Below are positions 60,942 to 64,000 of a DNA stretch of 64,000 nucleotides, piece after piece. The DNA is from Eledone cirrhosa. Lineage: Eukaryota. Position 1 is the first letter of the stretch; the number at the start of each line of letters is the position of its first letter. Position numbers and translations under genes: made by a program. The stretch is taken from the NCBI GenBank assembly GCA_964016885.1, contig OZ024742.1, positions 151,032,001-151,096,000 on the forward strand, in the 5' to 3' direction. The notes below the pieces were generated by a model. It saw only the letters and a program-made list of their open reading frames with translations. It was not told the DNA's origin and did no database searches.

Positions 60942-63900
60942 TTTGGAAAAAAAATCAGGGGTAGATAATTTGTAAAAAAAAATCAGGGGGAGATAATTTG
61001 TAAAAAAAAAATCAGGGGGAGATAATTTGTAAAAAAATCAAGGGGAGATAATTTCCAGCCGTCCAAGGGGAGATAATTTTCAGCCGTCCAAGGAGAGGTA
61101 ATTTCTAGCCGTCCAAGGGGAGATAATTTTCAGCCGTCCAAGGGGAGATAATTTCCAGCCGTCCAAGGGGAGATAATTTAAAAAAAAAATCAGGCGGAGA
61201 TAATTTGTAAAAAAAAAATCAGGGGCAGATAATTTGTAAAAAAAAATCAGGGGGAGATAATTTGTATACAAAATCAAGGGGAGATAATTTCCAGCCGTCC
61301 AAGGCGAGATAATTTCCAGCCGTCCAAGGGGAGATAATTTAGAGCTGTCCAAGGAGAGGTAATTTCTAGGCGTCCAAGGGGAGATAATTTCCAGCCGTCC
61401 AAGGGGAGATAATTTCCAGCCGTTCAAGGGGTGATAATTTCCAGCCGTCCAAGGAGAGGTAATTTCTAGCCGTCCAAGGGGAGATAATTTCCAGCCGTCC
61501 AAGGGGAGATAAATTCCAGCCTCCAAGGGGAGATAATTTCCAGCCAGCCAAGGGGAGATAATTTGTAAAAAAATCAGGGGGAGATAATTTGTAAAAAAAA
61601 ATCAGGGGGAGATAATTTGTAAAAAAAAAATCAGGGGGAGATAATTTGTAAAAAAAAATCAGGGGGAGATAATTTGTAAAAAAAATCAAGGGGAGATAAT
61701 TTCCAGCCGTCCAAGGGAAGATAATTTTCAGCCGTCCAAGGAGAGGTAATTTCTAGCCGTCCAAGGGGAGATAATTTCCAGCCGTCCAAGGGAAGATAAT
61801 TTCCAGCCGTCCAAGGGGAGATAATTTCCAGCCCTCCAAGGGGCTATAATTTCCAGCGTCCAAGGGGAGATAATTTCCAGCCAGCGAAGGGGAGATAATT
61901 TTTTTTAAAAAATCACTGGGAGATTTGTAAAAAAAATCAGGGGGAGATAATTTGTAAAAAAAATCAAGGGGAGATAATTTCCAGCCGTCCAAAGAGAGAT
62001 AATTTCTAGCCGTCCAAGGGGAGATAATTTCCAGCCAAGGGGAGATAATTTCCAGCCGTCCAAGGGGATAATTTTTTCAAAAATCAGAAGGAGATAATTT
62101 GTAAAAAAAAATCAGGGGGAGATAATTTGTAAAAACAAAATCAAGGGCAGATAATTTCCAGCCGTCCAAGGGGAGATAATTTCCAGCCGTGCAAGGGGAG
62201 ATAATTTCCAGCCGTCCAAGGGGAGATAATTTCCATCCTTCCAAGGGGAGATAATTTCCAGCCGTCCAAGGGGAGATAATATTAAAAAAAATCAGGCGGA
62301 GATAATTTGTAAAAAAAATCAGGGGGAGATAATTTGTAAAAAAATCAGGGGGAGATAATTTGAAAAAAAAAATCAGGGGGAGATAATTTGTAAAAAAAAT
62401 CAGGGGGTGATAATTTGTAAAAAAAAATCAGGGGTAGATAATATGTAAAATAAAATCAGGGGGAGATAATTTGTAAAAAAAAAATCAGGGGGAGATAATT
62501 TGTAAAAAAAATCAAGGGGAGATAATTTTCAGCCGTCCAAGGAGAGGTAATTTCTAGCCGTCCAAGGGGAGATAATTTCCAGCCGTCCAAGGGGAGATAA
62601 TTTCCAGCCGTCCAAGGGGAGATAATTTTTAAAAAAAAATCAGCCGGAGATAATTTGTAAAAAAAAAATCAGGGGGAGATAATTTGTAAAAAAAAATCAG
62701 GGGGAGATAATTTGTAAAAAAAATCAAGGTGAGATAATTTCCAGCCGTCCAAGGGAAGATAATTTCCAGCCCTCCAAGGGGCTATAATTTCCAGCGTCCA
62801 AGGGGAGATAATTTCCAGCCAGCGAAGGGGAGATAATTTTTTTGAAAAAATCACTGGGAGATTTGTAAAAAAAATCAGGGGGAGATAATTTGTAAAAAGA
62901 ATCAAGGGGAGATAATTTCCAGCCGTCCAAAGAGAGATAATTTCTAGCCGTCCAAGGGGAGATAATTTCCAGCCAAGGGGAGATAATTTCCAGCCGTCCA
63001 AGGAGAGATAATTTTTTAAAATATCAGGTGGAGATAATTTGTAAAAAAATCAGGGGTAGATAATTTGTAAAAAAAAATCAAGGGGAGATAATTTCCAGCC
63101 GTCCAAGGGGAGATAATTTCCAGCCAGCGAAGGGGAGATAATTTTTTTTTTTAAATCATGGGTAGATTGGTAAAAAAAAATCAGGGGGAGATAATTTGTA
63201 AAAAAATCAAGGGGAGATAATTTCCAGCCGTCGAAGGAGAGATAATTTATAGCCGTCCAAGGGGAGATAATTTCCAGCAAGCCAAGGGAGATAATTTTTT
63301 TAAAAATTCAGGCGGAGATGATTTGTAAAAAAAATCAGGTTGAGATAATTTGTTAAAGAAAATCAGGGGGCGATAATTTCCAGCCGTCCAAGGGGAGATA
63401 ATTTCCAGCCGTCCAAGGGGAGATAATTTTTTTTTTTAAATCAGGGGAGATAATTTGTAAAAAAAATCAGGGGGAGATAATTTGTAAAAAAAATCAGGGG
63501 GAGATAATTTGTAAAATAATATCAGGGGGAGATAATTTCCAGCCAGCCAAGGGGAGATAATTTCCAGCCAGCCAAGGGGAGATAATTTGTAAAAAAAGTC
63601 AATGGGAGATAATTTCCAGCCGTCCAAGGGGAGATAATTTCCAGCCAGCCAAGGGGAGATAATTTCCAGCCAGCCAAGGGGAGATATTTGTAAAAAAAAA
63701 TCAGGGAGAGATAATTTGTAAAAAAAAAATCAGGGGTAGATAATTTGTAGAAGAAATCAAGGGGAGATAATTTCCAGCCGTCCAAGGGGAGATAATTTCC
63801 ATCCAGCCAAGGGGAGATAATTTTTTTTTAAAAATCAGGCGGAGATAATTTGTAAAAAAAAATCAGGGTGAGATAATTAGTAAAAAAAATCAAGGGGAGA

Positions 63901-64000
63901 TAATTTCCAGCCGTCCAAGGGGAGATAATTTCCAGCCCTACAAGCGGCTATAATTTCCAGCCGTCCAAAGGAAGATAATTTCCATCCAGCCAAGGGGAGA
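60942..64000. repeat. Composite minisatellite of two interleaved monomers: type 1 CAAGGGGAGATAATTTCCAGCCGTC (25 bp) and type 2 CAGGGGGAGATAATTTGT(A)7-10T (~26-29 bp); open at the right edge
   Basis: Read directly. For example GTCCAAGGGG at 61061 and 61111 (two 25-bp units), and type-2 runs at 61549-61686 and 62267-62512. Confidence 0.96.
61820..63040 (+). repeat. Two copies (~61820-62100 and ~62760-63040) of a ~280-bp variant block in the minisatellite, offset 938 bp
   Basis: Private variants GCTATAAT at 61843/62781 and CACTGGGAGATTTG at 61914/62852. CCAAAGAGAGATAATTTCTAG and the shortened unit CCAGCCAAGG occur in both copies. Confidence 0.85.

Larger units (their letters stand above)
1..60943 (+). 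repeat. Degenerate telomere-like (TTAGGG)n array, >=61 kb, open at the left edge; probable interstitial/heterochromatic telomeric satellite
   Basis: Continuous TTAGGG hexamers on one strand with frequent single-substitution variants. No CCCTAA-oriented segment seen. The longest pure run I noticed is 14 units (51233-51316). The interstitial interpretation is inferred from polarity. Confidence 0.97.
42241..60943 (+). repeat. Layer C: ~1.5-1.85 kb higher-order repeat, dense in TTAGCTG, TTAGTG, TTAGGA, TTAATG and TTAAAT variants
   Basis: TTAAAGTTAGGCGTAGGG at 45080, 48066, 49859, 51683, 52693, 54510 and 56328. First of paired TTAGCAGATAGGG at 45985, 48971, 50788, 53604, 55451, 57160, 58847 and 60302. 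Confidence 0.9.

Noticed and set aside
1-60943. Functional terminal telomere tract
   Set aside because: It is heavily degenerate throughout, has no gradient towards pure repeats, and its G-strand 3' end abuts non-telomeric DNA.
1-60943. Variants as base-calling noise
   Set aside because: The same variants recur in the same order at fixed kb offsets, which random error cannot produce. Isolated 1-bp indels (e.g. ~20041, ~28015, ~53854, ~58901) may still be errors.
60940-60960. Telomere-targeting non-LTR retrotransposon insertion with poly(A) tail at the TT/AGGG position
   Set aside because: The A-run is an ordinary part of the type-2 minisatellite unit. No reverse transcriptase or endonuclease ORF and no target-site duplication is visible.
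61080-63785. Minus-strand ORFs with repeats such as NYLPLDGWKLSPLGRLEIISPW
   Set aside because: These are frame-cycling translations of a 25-bp unit. The same peptides appear in overlapping frames and are broken by homopolymer length changes.
60955-63870. TCAGGG in type-2 units as evidence that the minisatellite derives from telomeric repeats
   Set aside because: A single 5/6 hexamer match per unit is within chance, and the rest of the unit has no 6-bp periodicity.
60942-64000. CRISPR-like array (constant core with variable intervening sequence)
   Set aside because: The intervening sequences are only two short recurring types rather than unique spacers. The core is ~13 bp and there are no cas genes.
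1-64000. Head-to-head telomere fusion site (TTAGGG)n-(CCCTAA)n
   Set aside because: No CCCTAA-oriented repeats were seen in the window.
61040-64000. NF-kB or EBF binding sites in type-1 units
   Set aside because: GGGGAGATAATTTCC has the wrong spacing for GGGRNNYYCC, and TCCAAGGGGA mismatches TCCCNNGGGA. Neither is supportable.

Overview
The window is entirely repetitive eukaryotic-type DNA, and I find no credible protein-coding or RNA gene. Positions 1-~60943 are a degenerate (TTAGGG)n array on the + strand. Its variant units (TTAGCG, TTACGG, TTCGGG, TTGGGG, TTAGTG, TTAATG, TTAGGA, CTAGGG and a recurrent 7-mer family TTAGCTG/TTTGCTG/TTATCTG) are not random. They spell kb-scale higher-order repeats in three layers: A ~1-7.1 kb, B ~8.6-42.2 kb and C ~42.2-60.9 kb, with a short transition zone between A and B. 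Nested tandem duplications have offsets of 1983, 2618, ~4150, ~3000 and ~4630 bp. At 60942 the array ends abruptly in an unrelated two-monomer minisatellite with core GGGGAGATAATTT (25-bp and ~26-29-bp units) that runs to the window end. The G-strand points into this non-telomeric DNA, so the array looks like an interstitial or heterochromatic telomere-derived satellite rather than the terminal tract of a telomere. All listed ORFs are translations of the repeats (poly-GL, poly-VR, and minisatellite reading frames). The organism cannot be identified from the sequence. All coordinates and offsets were read by eye and from the ORF track; nothing was computed.
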